DNA of 64,000 bases. It comes from Rhodoblastus sp. (GTDB taxonomy: Bacteria > Pseudomonadota > Alphaproteobacteria > Rhizobiales > Beijerinckiaceae). Location: assembly GCA_047605445.1 (NCBI GenBank), contig JASGFP010000002.1, positions 25,483 to 89,482 of the forward strand, given 5' to 3'. Below the pieces are notes generated by a model. The model had not been told where the DNA came from. It saw only the letters and a program-made list of their open reading frames with translations, and made no database searches. Positions 41,178-51,350 of the stretch are shown piece after piece; the first letter of the stretch is position 1, and every line of letters starts with the position of its first letter. The position numbers and the translations under genes were made by a program.

Positions 41178-41888
41178 ATGACCCAGCCGCTCTCCCCCGC
41201 CGCCTTCGAAAAGAAACTTTTCGCGCAGGAAACCGCGAAAATGCTGCTGGAAGTGAAGGCGGTTCTGTTCAATCCGGACCAGCCCTTCATCTTCACGTCC
41301 GGATGGGCCAGTCCGGTCTACACCGACATGCGCAAGATCATCTCCTACCCGCGGCTGCGCAACCGCATCCTCGACTTCGCGGTGACGACGATCGAGCGCG
41401 ACATCGGCTACGAAGCGCTGGACGTGATCGCCGGCGGCGAGACGGCCGGCATTCCCTATGCCGCCTGGATGGCCGACCGGCTGGCGCTGCCGATGCAGTA
41501 TATTCGCAAGAAGCCGAAGGGGTTCGGCCGCAACGCGCAGATCGAGGGCGACCTGCATGACAACGGCCGCGCGCTGCTGGTGGAGGATCTGGCCACCGAC
41601 GGCCGGTCCAAGGTGAATTTCTGCAATGCGCTGCGCGAGGCCGGCCAGCGCTGCGACCACGCCTTCGTCTTCTTCTTCTACGACATTTTCCCCAGCGCCC
41701 GCGAAGATCTCGCCAAGCTCGGCATCAAGCTGCACGCGCTGTGCACCTGGTGGGACGTGCTGGAAGCTGCGCGCGCGGGCAATTACCTCGAACCCGCAAA
41801 ACTCGCGGAAGTCGAGAAGTTCCTGCACAAGCCCGCCGAATGGTCGGCGGCCCACGGCGGGATTTCGGAATTCAAGGCTGCGGGCTGA
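41178..41888 (+). CDS. pyrE: orotate phosphoribosyltransferase
   Basis: PRPP-binding motif ALLVEDLATDGRS and the pattern FTSGWASPVYTDMRK typical of PyrE. Confidence 0.88.
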   Translation: MTQPLSPAAFEKKLFAQETAKMLLEVKAVLFNPDQPFIFTSGWASPVYTDMRKIISYPRLRNRILDFAVTTIERDIGYEALDVIAGGETAGIPYAAWMADRLALPMQYIRKKPKGFGRNAQIEGDLHDNGRALLVEDLATDGRSKVNFCNALREAGQRCDHAFVFFFYDIFPSAREDLAKLGIKLHALCTWWDVLEAARAGNYLEPAKLAEVEKFLHKPAEWSAAHGGISEFKAAG

Positions 41889-41894
41889 GCAGTC

Positions 41895-43493
41895 TCACGG
41901 CGCGTTCCAGCATGCTGTGTCCATGACCAACGTCTGTGGCGGCCGGGGGCCGCCGACGGGCGTCTTCCATGACCTGTCCACCAATTGCGGGCCTGCCGCG
42001 CCAAACAGGCGCCGGAGCGTCGCGTCCAGAGGCGCGATATAATTGGTCTGCAGCGTCGCGCGACGCGACGCGTCGCCGACGTCCATGACGGTGCAGGCGT
42101 TGATCGGATAGGTTTTGGAACTCAGCGATCGCCAGATCTCGTAGGCGCCGGACGAGGCCGCGACGACGACGAGCGCAGTTCCCGCCAGTTGCGCGCCGCG
42201 CATCGGCGCGCCCCAGCCGCAAAGCGTATAGCCGAAGACGAAGGCGAGGATCGTCAGCGATGCGATCGAACCGCGCATCACGCTGTCGTTGTACTCGCCG
42301 AAACTGACAAATGGCAGAAAGACCAGCAGCGCGACATTGAGCCAGTAGAGGCCGCGCCATTCGGCGGGAATGCGCTCACGAAGATAATAGACCACGCCGA
42401 CAGAGCCGAGTTGTACGGGCAGGAAGGCAAAATAGGTCGGCCAGAAATCGGGATCGCCGACGATCGTCGGGCGCGGGATTGTGTCGGATGCCGCCGTCAT
42501 GTAGGCCGCCACCGGCAGGCAAGCGAGCGCGGCGGGAATTGCGATCCAGGTTCGACGGCTCGCGAAAGTCCCGCGCGGATCGACCGCGGCGAAGTAGAGA
42601 AGGCCCGGAACCGCCGGCATGATCGCCAGCGGCGACCAGAACATCATGAGGGCCACGCCCGCGCCGACGGTCGCCGTATCGACTTCGCGCCGCGCGCGCA
42701 GCAGCAGCAGGATCGCGGTCAGCCAACCGGCCAGCGCGTGGTTCGGCACCCAGAAAAACTGTGTGATCGACCCCGTATATTGCAGCAGAGGCGTCCAGGA
42801 ATCGATCGTGTCGCTGCCGGGAAACAGCTTTTCGAGATCGCCGCTCGACAGCCAGGCGACAAGCCGGACGAGGCCCGCCACGCCGGCGAAACCGATGACG
42901 ACGGCAAGGTTCTTCCAGCCGCGCCCGAGAGCAAGCAACAGGTAGAAGACAACCGCCAGGATTGATGCATTCTGCGCGAGCATCCCGGCGTGGGCGGCGT
43001 GAAGTCCCGCGATGCGACCGATGAGCGCGGGGACGACGTACATGCCGAGCGGCGCGCGCAGCATCATGTCCGTTTCGTTGATCCGGTAGCCGGCGGTCAG
43101 GCCGCCGCGCACGAGGTCCGAGAGTACGGCGTCACGGAGATACCAGTCGGTCGAGGGACGGAATATGTGCGTCTCACCCCCGAGAATCAGCAGGACCGCA
43201 GCGAGCGCGGCGCAAGCTGCGAACCGACGGACGTCAATTCTCGCCCGGAGAAATGCGCCGCCCCCGAAGAGAACGCCGCGAGCGACAACGAACACGCAGC
43301 CGATCACGCCTGCCGCGAGCAGCAGGGAATATGGCGCGCGCATCGACGTGGCGAAAAGCGCGGATGGCGCGGCCATTGCGACGAAGGCGACCGCGAGCGC
43401 CGCGCCCGCCGTCGGCGCGGCGCGCATCCCGACGATCGCGCCTGGCCGAGCTTCAGGCGCCGACGGCGCGGCGATAGTCGGCGCCATTGTCAC
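41895..43493 (-). CDS. polytopic integral membrane protein (possible O-antigen polymerase / GT-C-like)
   Basis: 532-aa ORF with more than 12 hydrophobic segments, directly downstream of the rfbG-like gene. The true start may be ATG 43427, which would remove the 41-nt overlap. Confidence 0.6.
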   Translation of the reverse strand: MTMAPTIAAPSAPEARPGAIVGMRAAPTAGAALAVAFVAMAAPSALFATSMRAPYSLLLAAGVIGCVFVVARGVLFGGGAFLRARIDVRRFAACAALAAVLLILGGETHIFRPSTDWYLRDAVLSDLVRGGLTAGYRINETDMMLRAPLGMYVVPALIGRIAGLHAAHAGMLAQNASILAVVFYLLLALGRGWKNLAVVIGFAGVAGLVRLVAWLSSGDLEKLFPGSDTIDSWTPLLQYTGSITQFFWVPNHALAGWLTAILLLLRARREVDTATVGAGVALMMFWSPLAIMPAVPGLLYFAAVDPRGTFASRRTWIAIPAALACLPVAAYMTAASDTIPRPTIVGDPDFWPTYFAFLPVQLGSVGVVYYLRERIPAEWRGLYWLNVALLVFLPFVSFGEYNDSVMRGSIASLTILAFVFGYTLCGWGAPMRGAQLAGTALVVVAASSGAYEIWRSLSSKTYPINACTVMDVGDASRRATLQTNYIAPLDATLRRLFGAAGPQLVDRSWKTPVGGPRPPQTLVMDTACWNAP

Positions 43494-44349
43494 CTGACGA
43501 TTTCACGAACGGCGACGTCAGCCGAACGCGCCGGCCGAGATAGGCGTCGACGCAATCGAGCGCGACCGCGCGCATGTCGCGGCGGGCTTCAAAGGCTTCG
43601 CGCCAATCGGTCATCCAATGAGTGGCCTCGCGCGCATCCAGCAGCGGCGAGAATCCGATCGCTTCGGGCCGCGCTGCGTGCGTATCGGACGAAAAAGACC
43701 ACGCGCGCGCCAGGCCCTCGCCTTCGCAGGCCGCGCGTTCGGCAAGCAGCAGCACGCCGTAGAGCGCATCGAGCACATGCATGGGCGAAGCTTCGCCGAA
43801 GCGCGTCAGCGGCGCGCCGCGCTCGGCCGCGAAATCGCCGCCGCCGATCGGGTCGGGGCAATGCAGCGAGACGATGTGGACGTCGGATTTCGCCGTCAGG
43901 TCGAGCCAGTCGAGCGAGACATAGGCGGCTTCGGGAGAAACGAAGACAGCCGCCTGCACGGAAGGCGCGTTCAGCACGGCTTCGAGAACTTCCGGTCCAC
44001 CGGTCTTCTTCAGGCGCTCGACCGCGCGCGCCGATATGGGCGCGCCATCGCGCGGCGGCCGGCTCGCCAGATGGATGACGATATCGGGATCGGCGGCGCG
44101 CAAGGCGCCGTCCAGCATCGCTGCATCGCAGATGTCGCCGCGCACATCGCAGAGATTGTCGCCGGCGCGGGCGAGTTCGTAGAGCGAGGGGTCGGTGGCG
44201 GGCGCGAGGCCATAGCCTGTCACGCGGGCGCATAGGCGCTCCAGCATCAACGAGAGCCACGCGCCCTTGAAGCCCGTGTGGCCGGTGAGGAAAACGCGGC
44301 GGTCGCGCCAGAACGAGGAATCGATCACTTCAATCTCCAGAGGCCGCAC
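43453..44349 (-). CDS. CDP-glucose 4,6-dehydratase (RfbG)-like protein lacking the catalytic Y-x3-K segment; possible pseudoenzyme or pseudogene
   Basis: The N-terminus FWRDRRVFLTGHTGFKGAWLSL and the later IGGGDF and MHVLDAL blocks match RfbG. About 40 aa, including the S...YxxxK region, are missing between VSPEAAY and CPDPIGGGDF. Confidence 0.6.
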   Translation of the reverse strand: MRPLEIEVIDSSFWRDRRVFLTGHTGFKGAWLSLMLERLCARVTGYGLAPATDPSLYELARAGDNLCDVRGDICDAAMLDGALRAADPDIVIHLASRPPRDGAPISARAVERLKKTGGPEVLEAVLNAPSVQAAVFVSPEAAYVSLDWLDLTAKSDVHIVSLHCPDPIGGGDFAAERGAPLTRFGEASPMHVLDALYGVLLLAERAACEGEGLARAWSFSSDTHAARPEAIGFSPLLDAREATHWMTDWREAFEARRDMRAVALDCVDAYLGRRVRLTSPFVKSSGDNGADYRRAVGA

Positions 44350-44574
44350 AGAGAGCGCTGCGACATGCGCCCGTCTTGCGTCAGAATTTCTTCACCGGAA
44401 TGACAGCGGAAATGGGACGGCGCATATTGCGCCGATGCAATGCGAACATTCATCGCTTCACCCTTGTCCGCAGCTTGCGGAATCCATGAAGCCCTCGGCG
44501 CCGGTTTTTCAGCCGGCCGATCTGCAATCCTAGCAACGCGCCCGTTAGGAAATCGTTAAGATGCGTTTAAATCT

Positions 44575-45231
44575 TTAGAGAAACGGATTGGTCTGCCGTT
44601 CCTGGCCGATCACGCCCATCGGCCCGTGGCCCGGCAGGAAGGCCGTGTCGTCGCCGAGCGGATAGAGCTTTTCCTCGATCGAGCGGATCAGCGTCGCATG
44701 ATCGCCGCCGGGCAAGTCGGTGCGGCCGACCGAGCCGCGGAACAGCACGTCGCCGACGATAGCGAAGCCCTGAACATCCTTGTGGGCCTCGTCGCGCTTC
44801 CAGGCGAAGACCACGCTGCCCGGCGAATGGCCGGGGCAATGGAACACATCGAAATTCAAGTCGCCGATCGTGACGCTATCGCCCTCCGCCAGCCAGCGCT
44901 CGGGATGGACGGCTTCCGCCGGCGGGAACCCGTAGCCCTTGGCGATCTGCGGCAATTGCTCGAGCAATTGACGATCCGCCGTATGCGGCCCCTCGATCTT
45001 CACGCCGGTCTTGCGGGCGAGTTCGGTCGCCGCCCCGATATGGTCGATATGGCCGTGCGTGAGCAGGATTTTTTCGAGCGTCGCGCCGGTCTGGGCGAGC
45101 GCGGCCTCGATGCGCGGCAGATCGCCGCCGGGGTCGATTACGGCGGCCTTGTTGGTCTTCGAGCAGACGACGATCGAGCAATTCTGCTCGAAGGGAGTCA
45201 CGGGCACGATGGCGAGCTTGAAGGGGTGCAT
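44575..45231 (-). CDS. MBL-fold metallo-hydrolase (glyoxalase II-like)
   Basis: THGHIDHIG (HxHxDH) and CPGHSPGS. Start at ATG 45231 (MHPFKLAIVPV). Confidence 0.8.
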   Translation of the reverse strand: MHPFKLAIVPVTPFEQNCSIVVCSKTNKAAVIDPGGDLPRIEAALAQTGATLEKILLTHGHIDHIGAATELARKTGVKIEGPHTADRQLLEQLPQIAKGYGFPPAEAVHPERWLAEGDSVTIGDLNFDVFHCPGHSPGSVVFAWKRDEAHKDVQGFAIVGDVLFRGSVGRTDLPGGDHATLIRSIEEKLYPLGDDTAFLPGHGPMGVIGQERQTNPFL

Positions 45232-45285
45232 GACACGGTTCCGATTTGCCCCGCGCCATAGCATCCGGAGGCCGCCGCGTCACGC

Positions 45286-46140
45286 TCACTCTGCGCTGGC
45301 GCGGGCGGCCGCGATGTAGAGTTCGCGCAGGCGCTTCGTCGCATCGCCCGGCCTGCCCTGCCCGATTGCGCGGCCGTCGAGCTTCACCACCGGCATGACG
45401 AACGCGGTCGCGCTGGTGAAGAAGCATTCCGCCGCCCCATAGGCTTCCTCGATGGCGAAGGGGCGCTCGACAAGTTTCATGCTGCGTTCGCCGGCAAGCG
45501 CGAGCACGGCTTTTCGCGTGCAGCCAGGCAGCACCGCGTTCGACAGCGGCCGCGTGACGATTTCGCCCGCCGCCGTGACGATGAAAGCCGAGGACGAGGC
45601 GCCCTCCGTCACGAAACCGCTCTCGACCATGAAGGCTTCGGCTGCGCCCGCCTTGCGCGCGGCCTGCTTGGCCAGAACCTGCGCGAGCAGCGCAATCGAC
45701 TTGATGTCGCGCCGCGCCCAGCGCAGGTCCGGAACGGAAATCGCCGCGACGCCGGTTTCCGCGGCCGGCGCGCCGACTATGCGCTTTTCCTGCGTGAAAG
45801 CGACGAAGGTGGGCGCAGCCTTCTCGGGAAAGGCGAAATCGCGGTCGGCCGCGCCGCGCGTCACCTGCATGTAGATCAGCCCCTCGCCCAGATCGTTGCG
45901 CGCGACCAGTTCGCGCTGCACGGCGACAATCTCGTCGCGCGACAACGGGCAGCATAGTTCGATTTCGCCGAGCGAGCGGTCGAGGCGCGCCAGATGCGCC
46001 GAATTGTCGACGAGCCTGCCGTCGAGAACGGCGCAGACCTCGTAGATGCCGTCGGCGAGCAGAAAGCCGCGATCGAAGACGGAGACACGCGCCTGCTCGC
46101 TTGTGACATAAGAGCCGTCGACAAAAACGATCCTGTTCAA
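45286..46140 (-). CDS. D-amino-acid (class IV) aminotransferase
   Basis: Begins NRIVFVDGSYVTSEQARVSVFDRGFLLADGIYEV and contains YMQVTRGAADRDF. TTG start at 46140 preceded by AGGACGG. The longer ORF to 46671 has no supporting similarity. Confidence 0.8.
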   Translation of the reverse strand: MNRIVFVDGSYVTSEQARVSVFDRGFLLADGIYEVCAVLDGRLVDNSAHLARLDRSLGEIELCCPLSRDEIVAVQRELVARNDLGEGLIYMQVTRGAADRDFAFPEKAAPTFVAFTQEKRIVGAPAAETGVAAISVPDLRWARRDIKSIALLAQVLAKQAARKAGAAEAFMVESGFVTEGASSSAFIVTAAGEIVTRPLSNAVLPGCTRKAVLALAGERSMKLVERPFAIEEAYGAAECFFTSATAFVMPVVKLDGRAIGQGRPGDATKRLRELYIAAARASAE

Positions 46141-46176
46141 ATTCCGTCCTCGCCCATGCGTGTTCCGCGCCTCGAC

Positions 46177-46827
46177 ATGCCCGCCGCCTTCGCGCACCAT
46201 CGGCGCAAAACGGAGGACGCCTTGATCGAATTCTTCTTCGACTGTTCGAGCCCGTGGACCTATCTCGCCTTCCATAACATCCCGTCGCTCGCGGCGGAAT
46301 TCGGCGAGGAGATCGTCTGGAAGCCCATTCTGGTCGGCGGCGTCTTCAACGCCGTCAATCCCAGCGTCTATGCGTCGCGCGAGACCCCGGTTCCGGCCAA
46401 GGCGCGCTACATGCTGAAGGATCTGGGCGACTGGGCGCGGCTTTCCGGCCTTTCGGTCAAGATGCCGCCGAGCGTGTTTCCCGTGAACAGCGTAAAGGCG
46501 ATGCGCGGCTGTATCTGGCTGATGCCGCAAGGCAAGATGGTGGAGTTCGCGACCCGGACCTTCGAGGCCTATTGGGGTCGCGACGAGGACATTTCCAAGG
46601 ACGATGTGCTGGCCCGCATCTGCGCGAGTGCGGGCGTCGACCCCGAGGCGTTCTCCGAGGGCATAGCGCAAGCGGCCGTCAAGGACGCCTTGCGCGCCAA
46701 TACCGACGAGTTGATCGCGCGCGGCGGCTTCGGCTCGCCGACGATGTTCCTCGACAAGAGCGACATGTATTTCGGCAACGACCGCGGCCCGCTCATCCGT
46801 GCGGCGCTGGAGCGCAAGCGGGCGTGA
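46177..46827 (+). CDS. 2-hydroxychromene-2-carboxylate isomerase / DsbA-like family protein
   Basis: IEFFFDCSSPWTYLAF, KARYMLKDL and GGFGSPTMFL match the HCCA-isomerase family. The start is ambiguous (ATG 46156 or 46177). Confidence 0.75.
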   Translation: MPAAFAHHRRKTEDALIEFFFDCSSPWTYLAFHNIPSLAAEFGEEIVWKPILVGGVFNAVNPSVYASRETPVPAKARYMLKDLGDWARLSGLSVKMPPSVFPVNSVKAMRGCIWLMPQGKMVEFATRTFEAYWGRDEDISKDDVLARICASAGVDPEAFSEGIAQAAVKDALRANTDELIARGGFGSPTMFLDKSDMYFGNDRGPLIRAALERKRA

Positions 46828-46879
46828 ACCCCGCCGGCCGCCGATTTGACCGGGCGCCGCAAACTTGTATCAAGGCGCC

Positions 46880-47887
46880 ATGCGCTTCTTCGTGACGGGT
46901 TCGGCCGGATTCATCGGCTTTCATCTGTGCCGGCGGCTCCTCGCCGACGGGCATTTCGTCGACGGTTTCGACGCGATGACGCCCTATTACGATCCGGCGC
47001 TGAAGGCGCGCCGGCTCGCGCTGCTGGCCAACACCAACGGCTTCCGCAATACGATCGGCGCTCTCGAGGACATGGGGGCGCTGCAAGCCGCCTACGAAGC
47101 CGCAAAGCCCGATGTCGTCGTGCATCTCGCCGCGCAGGCGGGGGTGCGCTATAGCCTCGAAAATCCGCGCGCCTATGTCGATTCCAATCTGGTCGGCACG
47201 TTCAACCTCATGGAATGCGCCCGCGTTGCAGCGCCCGGCCATCTGCTGATGGCCTCGACCAGTTCGGTCTATGGCGAGAGCTTCGACGTTCCGTTTTTCG
47301 AGACGAACCAGACGGATCGGCCGATCACGCTCTATGCCGCGACCAAGAAGTCGACGGAGCTGATGGCGCATTCCTACGCCCATCTGTGGAATTTGCCGAC
47401 GACCATGTTCCGCTTCTTCACGGTCTACGGACCGTGGGGGCGCCCCGACATGGCGCCGCAGAAATTTCTCGAAGCGATCGACGCGGGGCGGCCGATCGAC
47501 GTCTACAACCACGGCGAGATGCAGCGCGACTTCACCTATATCGACGATCTCGTCGAGGCGATCGTGCGGCTCGTCTCGCGCGCGCCGGTCGCCGGCGAGA
47601 CGATTGGCGACACGGACACGATCTCGCCCGTCGCGCCGTTTCGCGTGGTCAATATCGGGCGTGGCGCGCCCGTGCAGCTGATGGATTTCATCGCCGCGCT
47701 GGAGCAGGCGGCCGGCAGGAAGGCCGAGCGCCATTTCATGCCGATGCAGAAGGGCGACGTGCCGATCACCTTCGCCAATTGCGACCTGCTGGAGGCGCTC
47801 ACGGGCTATCGGCCCTCGACGGGCATCGACGTCGGCGTTCCGGCGCTGGTCGACTGGTTCCGCGCCTATAATGCGGGCCAGGCGTAG
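46880..47887 (+). CDS. UDP-glucuronate 4-epimerase-type SDR
   Basis: Begins [16 protein letters not shown], with [20 protein letters not shown] (YxxxK) and [16 protein letters not shown], all typical of UDP-GlcA 4-epimerases. Confidence 0.8.
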   Translation: MRFFVTGSAGFIGFHLCRRLLADGHFVDGFDAMTPYYDPALKARRLALLANTNGFRNTIGALEDMGALQAAYEAAKPDVVVHLAAQAGVRYSLENPRAYVDSNLVGTFNLMECARVAAPGHLLMASTSSVYGESFDVPFFETNQTDRPITLYAATKKSTELMAHSYAHLWNLPTTMFRFFTVYGPWGRPDMAPQKFLEAIDAGRPIDVYNHGEMQRDFTYIDDLVEAIVRLVSRAPVAGETIGDTDTISPVAPFRVVNIGRGAPVQLMDFIAALEQAAGRKAERHFMPMQKGDVPITFANCDLLEALTGYRPSTGIDVGVPALVDWFRAYNAGQA

Positions 47888-47954
47888 CCGCCGCCTTGTG
47901 CCGAAAGGCCGTCTCTTGTAGGCAAACGGCAGGTTCGCAAGGGGTTTTCGGCTG

Positions 47955-49007
47955 ATGCGCGTATTGATGACCGGCGGCGCCGGCTTCATCGGCTCCGCAG
48001 TCGCCCGCAGGTTCATGGCTGCGGAAGGCGGCGATCTGCTCGTATTCGACAAGCTGACCTATGCCGGCCATCTCGCCTCGCTCGCGCCGGTTTCCGGACA
48101 TCCACGCTTTTCCTTCGTGCGTGGCGACATTTGCGACCGCGCGGCGGTGCGCGCGACGTTCGAGGATTTTTCTCCCGACGTCGTCCTGCATCTGGCGGCC
48201 GAGAGCCATGTCGACCGCTCCATCGACGGCCCGGCCGCGTTCATCCAAACGAATATCGTGGGAACCTTCACGATGCTGGAGGAAGCAACGCGGCACTGGC
48301 GCGCTTTGCCGCCGGCGCGGCGCGAGGCTTTCCGCTTCGTGCACGTCTCGACAGACGAAGTGTTCGGGTCGCTCCGCGAAGAAGGCCTGTTTCGCGAAGA
48401 CACGGCCTATGCGCCGAACTCGCCCTACGCGGCCTCGAAGGCCGGCGCCGACCATCTCGCGCGAGCCTGGGGCAAGACCTACGGCCTGCCCGCCATCGTC
48501 ACAAACTGCTCGAACAATTACGGGCCCTGCCAGCACCCGGAAAAACTCATTCCACTCGCCATTCTCAACGCGCTGGACGGCGCCGCCCTGCCCGTCTACG
48601 GCGCGGGCGAGAACCGACGCGACTGGCTGTTCGTGGACGACCACGCCGCCGCGCTCTTGCGCGTCGCCGAGGCCGGCGTTCCCGGCGAGACCTACAATGT
48701 CGGCGGGCGCAGCGAGATGCGCAACATCGATGTCGTCGGCATGATCTGCGACATTCTGCAGGACATCCGTCCGCACGAGCGCGGGCACTACCGCGATCTC
48801 ATCGCCTTCGTGAAGGACCGCCCGGGCCACGACATGCGCTATGCGATCGACTGCGGCAAGATCGAACGCGAGCTTGGCTGGCGGCCCGCCGAATCCTTCG
48901 CCACCGGCCTGCGCAAGACGGTCGCGTGGTACATCGAAAATCCCGAATGGCGGCAGGCGATCCGCGACAGCGGATACCGTGGCGAACGCCTCGGCCTGAT
49001 CGCCTGA
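47955..49007 (+). CDS. rfbB: dTDP-glucose 4,6-dehydratase
   Basis: Begins [16 protein letters not shown], with [26 protein letters not shown] and [17 protein letters not shown]. Confidence 0.92.
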   Translation: MRVLMTGGAGFIGSAVARRFMAAEGGDLLVFDKLTYAGHLASLAPVSGHPRFSFVRGDICDRAAVRATFEDFSPDVVLHLAAESHVDRSIDGPAAFIQTNIVGTFTMLEEATRHWRALPPARREAFRFVHVSTDEVFGSLREEGLFREDTAYAPNSPYAASKAGADHLARAWGKTYGLPAIVTNCSNNYGPCQHPEKLIPLAILNALDGAALPVYGAGENRRDWLFVDDHAAALLRVAEAGVPGETYNVGGRSEMRNIDVVGMICDILQDIRPHERGHYRDLIAFVKDRPGHDMRYAIDCGKIERELGWRPAESFATGLRKTVAWYIENPEWRQAIRDSGYRGERLGLIA

Positions 49008-49015
49008 GGCGAACC

Positions 49016-49570
49016 ATGCGCGTGGACGATTCCGCAATCCCTGATGTGAAGATCGTGACGCCGAAGAAGCACGGCGATGCGCGCGGATTTTTCTCGGAAG
49101 TCTACAAGGACGAGGACTGGCGCGCGGCCGGCCTCGATTTCCGCTTCGTGCAGGACAACCATTCGTTTTCCGCGCAGGCCGGCGTGCTGCGCGGCCTCCA
49201 TTTCCAGATCGAACCGGCTGCGCAGGCCAAGCTCGTGCGCGTCGCGCGGGGCCGCATTCTCGACGTCGCGGTCGACATCCGCCGATCTTCGCCGACCTTC
49301 GGCCGTCATGTCGCGGTCGAACTGTCGCGCGAGAACTGGCTGCAATTGCTCGTGCCGCCAGGCTTCGCGCATGGCTTCCTGACGCTCGAGCCAGACACGG
49401 ACGTTCTCTACAAGACGACCGCGCCCTATTCCGCGGCCCATGATTTCGGGCTCGCGTGGGACGATCCGGACCTCGCCATCGACTGGCCGACGCCGCCAGA
49501 CGGCCCGATCCTGTCGGAACGCGACGGCAAATGGCCGCGCCTGCGCGACCTGACACAGGGTTTTGCATGA
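49016..49570 (+). CDS. rfbC: dTDP-4-dehydrorhamnose 3,5-epimerase
   Basis: GDARGFFSE, LRGLHFQ, QAKLVRVARGRILDVAVDIR and GFAHGF. 184 aa. Confidence 0.92.
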   Translation: MRVDDSAIPDVKIVTPKKHGDARGFFSEVYKDEDWRAAGLDFRFVQDNHSFSAQAGVLRGLHFQIEPAAQAKLVRVARGRILDVAVDIRRSSPTFGRHVAVELSRENWLQLLVPPGFAHGFLTLEPDTDVLYKTTAPYSAAHDFGLAWDDPDLAIDWPTPPDGPILSERDGKWPRLRDLTQGFA

Positions 49571-50460
49571 CCCTCAAGCTCGCCGTCACGGGATTGACCG
49601 GTCAGGTAGTGAGCGCGCTGATCGAGCGCGCGCCGCGCGACATCGAGATCATCGCGCTCGGTCGGCCGCAGCTCGACCTGTCGATGCGCAGCGCCGTTCT
49701 CGGCACGCTGCGTTCTGCGCGCTGCGACGCCATCGTCAATGCTGCCGCCTATACGGCGGTCGACCGCGCCGAGAGCGAACCGGACGTTGCGATGCGCGTC
49801 AACGGCGAGGGCGCCGGTTTCGTTGCGGAGATCGCCGCCGAACTCGGCGCGCCGCTGGTGCATCTGTCGACCGATTGCGTTTTCGACGGCGCACTGGGCA
49901 GGCCCTACCGCGAAACCGACGCGCCCGGTCCGATCAGCGCCTATGGCCGCTCGAAGCTCGCCGGAGAGGCCCGGATCGCGGCCATCCATCCCGACCACGC
50001 GATCTTGCGGACATCGTGGGTCTACAGCCCGTTTGGCGAAAATTTCGTCAAGACGATGCTGCGGCTCGCGGCGACGCAGGACAAGGTTCGCGTCGTGGCC
50101 GATCGTATCGGCTCTCCGACGAGCGCGCTCGATCTCGCGGACGCCATCGTGGCGGTCGCCCGGCGCCTGCGCGTCGATCGGGCGCTGGAACTGCGCGGCG
50201 TGTTCCACATGACAGGCTCCGGCGAAGCGAGCTGGGCCGATTTCGCCTGCGCCATCTTTGCCGAGGCTCAGGCGCTTGGCCACGCGCCCGTTTCAGTCGA
50301 GCGCATCGCGGGCGTGGATTATCCGACCGCCGCGCGCCGTCCGGCGAATTCGCGGCTCGACAACGCCAAGCTGGCGGCGGTCTACGGCCTGGCCTTGCCC
50401 GACTGGCGCAAATCGACCAAGGAATGCGTGGTGCGCCTGCTCATGCCGGGCGCTGCCTGA
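49567..50460 (+). CDS. rfbD: dTDP-4-dehydrorhamnose reductase
   Basis: ATGA overlap with rfbC. NAAAYTAVDRAESE, STDCVFDG, YGRSKLAGE and RTSWVYS. Confidence 0.9.
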   Translation: MTLKLAVTGLTGQVVSALIERAPRDIEIIALGRPQLDLSMRSAVLGTLRSARCDAIVNAAAYTAVDRAESEPDVAMRVNGEGAGFVAEIAAELGAPLVHLSTDCVFDGALGRPYRETDAPGPISAYGRSKLAGEARIAAIHPDHAILRTSWVYSPFGENFVKTMLRLAATQDKVRVVADRIGSPTSALDLADAIVAVARRLRVDRALELRGVFHMTGSGEASWADFACAIFAEAQALGHAPVSVERIAGVDYPTAARRPANSRLDNAKLAAVYGLALPDWRKSTKECVVRLLMPGAA

Positions 50461-50469
50461 GGACGGGAC

Positions 50470-51339
50470 ATGCGGGGCATCATTCTGGCAGGCGGACAGG
50501 GCACGCGGCTGCACCCGATGACGCTCGCCATGTCGAAGCAGCTTCTGCCCGTCTACGACAAGCCGATGATCTATTATCCGCTCAGCGTCGCCATGCTCGC
50601 GGGCATTCGCGAAATCCTCATCATCACGACGCCGGACGATGCGCCGGCGTTCAAGCGTCTGCTCGGGACTGGCGCGCAATGGGGCCTGTCGCTGAGCTAC
50701 GCTTCGCAGCCGACGCCCGGAGGGCTGGCGCAATCCTACGTCATTGGCGCGGAATTCGTGGAGGGACACGCCTCGGCGCTGGTGCTCGGCGACAATATTT
50801 TTCACGGCCACGGCCTGACGGAACTGCTCGCAGCGGCGCGCGGCCGCACGCACGGCGCGACCGTTTTCGCGTATCACGTCAGCGATCCCGAGAGATACGG
50901 CGTCGTCTCGTTCGACGCGGATGGCCGCGCGCGAACCATCGAGGAGAAGCCCGCCAAACCGAAGTCCAGTTACGCCGTGACCGGGCTCTATTTCTACGAC
51001 CGACGCGCCCCCGAATTCGCTGCAGCGCTCGCGCCGTCGGCGCGTGGCGAACTCGAGATCACCGATCTCAACCGGATGTATCTCGAACGCGGCGAGCTCA
51101 CGGTCGAACGTCTGGGCCGCGGATTCACATGGCTCGACACAGGCACCCCCACCTCGCTGGTGGAGGCCTCCGAATATGTCCGCGCCATCGAGCAGCGGCA
51201 GGGACAGCGCATCGCGTGCCTCGAAGAAATCGCCTTCGACGCCGGCTGGATCGACGCGGCGGAGCTTGCCGCAGCCGCTCGGCGCTTCGAGAAGAGCGAT
51301 TACGGGCGCTACTTGCTGCAGCTTCTCGGCGAGGCCTGA
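50470..51339 (+). CDS. rfbA: glucose-1-phosphate thymidylyltransferase
   Basis: Begins [18 protein letters not shown], with [17 protein letters not shown] and LGDNIFHG. Confidence 0.93.
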   Translation: MRGIILAGGQGTRLHPMTLAMSKQLLPVYDKPMIYYPLSVAMLAGIREILIITTPDDAPAFKRLLGTGAQWGLSLSYASQPTPGGLAQSYVIGAEFVEGHASALVLGDNIFHGHGLTELLAAARGRTHGATVFAYHVSDPERYGVVSFDADGRARTIEEKPAKPKSSYAVTGLYFYDRRAPEFAAALAPSARGELEITDLNRMYLERGELTVERLGRGFTWLDTGTPTSLVEASEYVRAIEQRQGQRIACLEEIAFDAGWIDAAELAAAARRFEKSDYGRYLLQLLGEA

Positions 51340-51350
51340 ACCCCGCGCCG

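Noticed and set aside
43453-44349. Calling the rfbG-like gene a functional CDP-glucose 4,6-dehydratase.
   Set aside because: The segment that should carry the catalytic Tyr-x3-Lys is missing in my by-eye alignment, so only a dehydratase-like or possible pseudoenzyme call is supported.
44267-44533. 88-aa ORF in the gap between the rfbG-like and MBL-hydrolase genes.
   Set aside because: It has no ribosome-binding site, weak codon bias and no motif. It is probably non-coding promoter or terminator space.
45286-46671. 461-aa version of the aminotransferase ORF, and the overlapping N-terminal extension of ORF 45994-46827.
   Set aside because: Family similarity begins at NRIVFVDG (TTG 46140) for the aminotransferase and at about IEFFFDCSSPW for the isomerase. 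The extensions overlap each other on opposite strands and have shadow-ORF composition.
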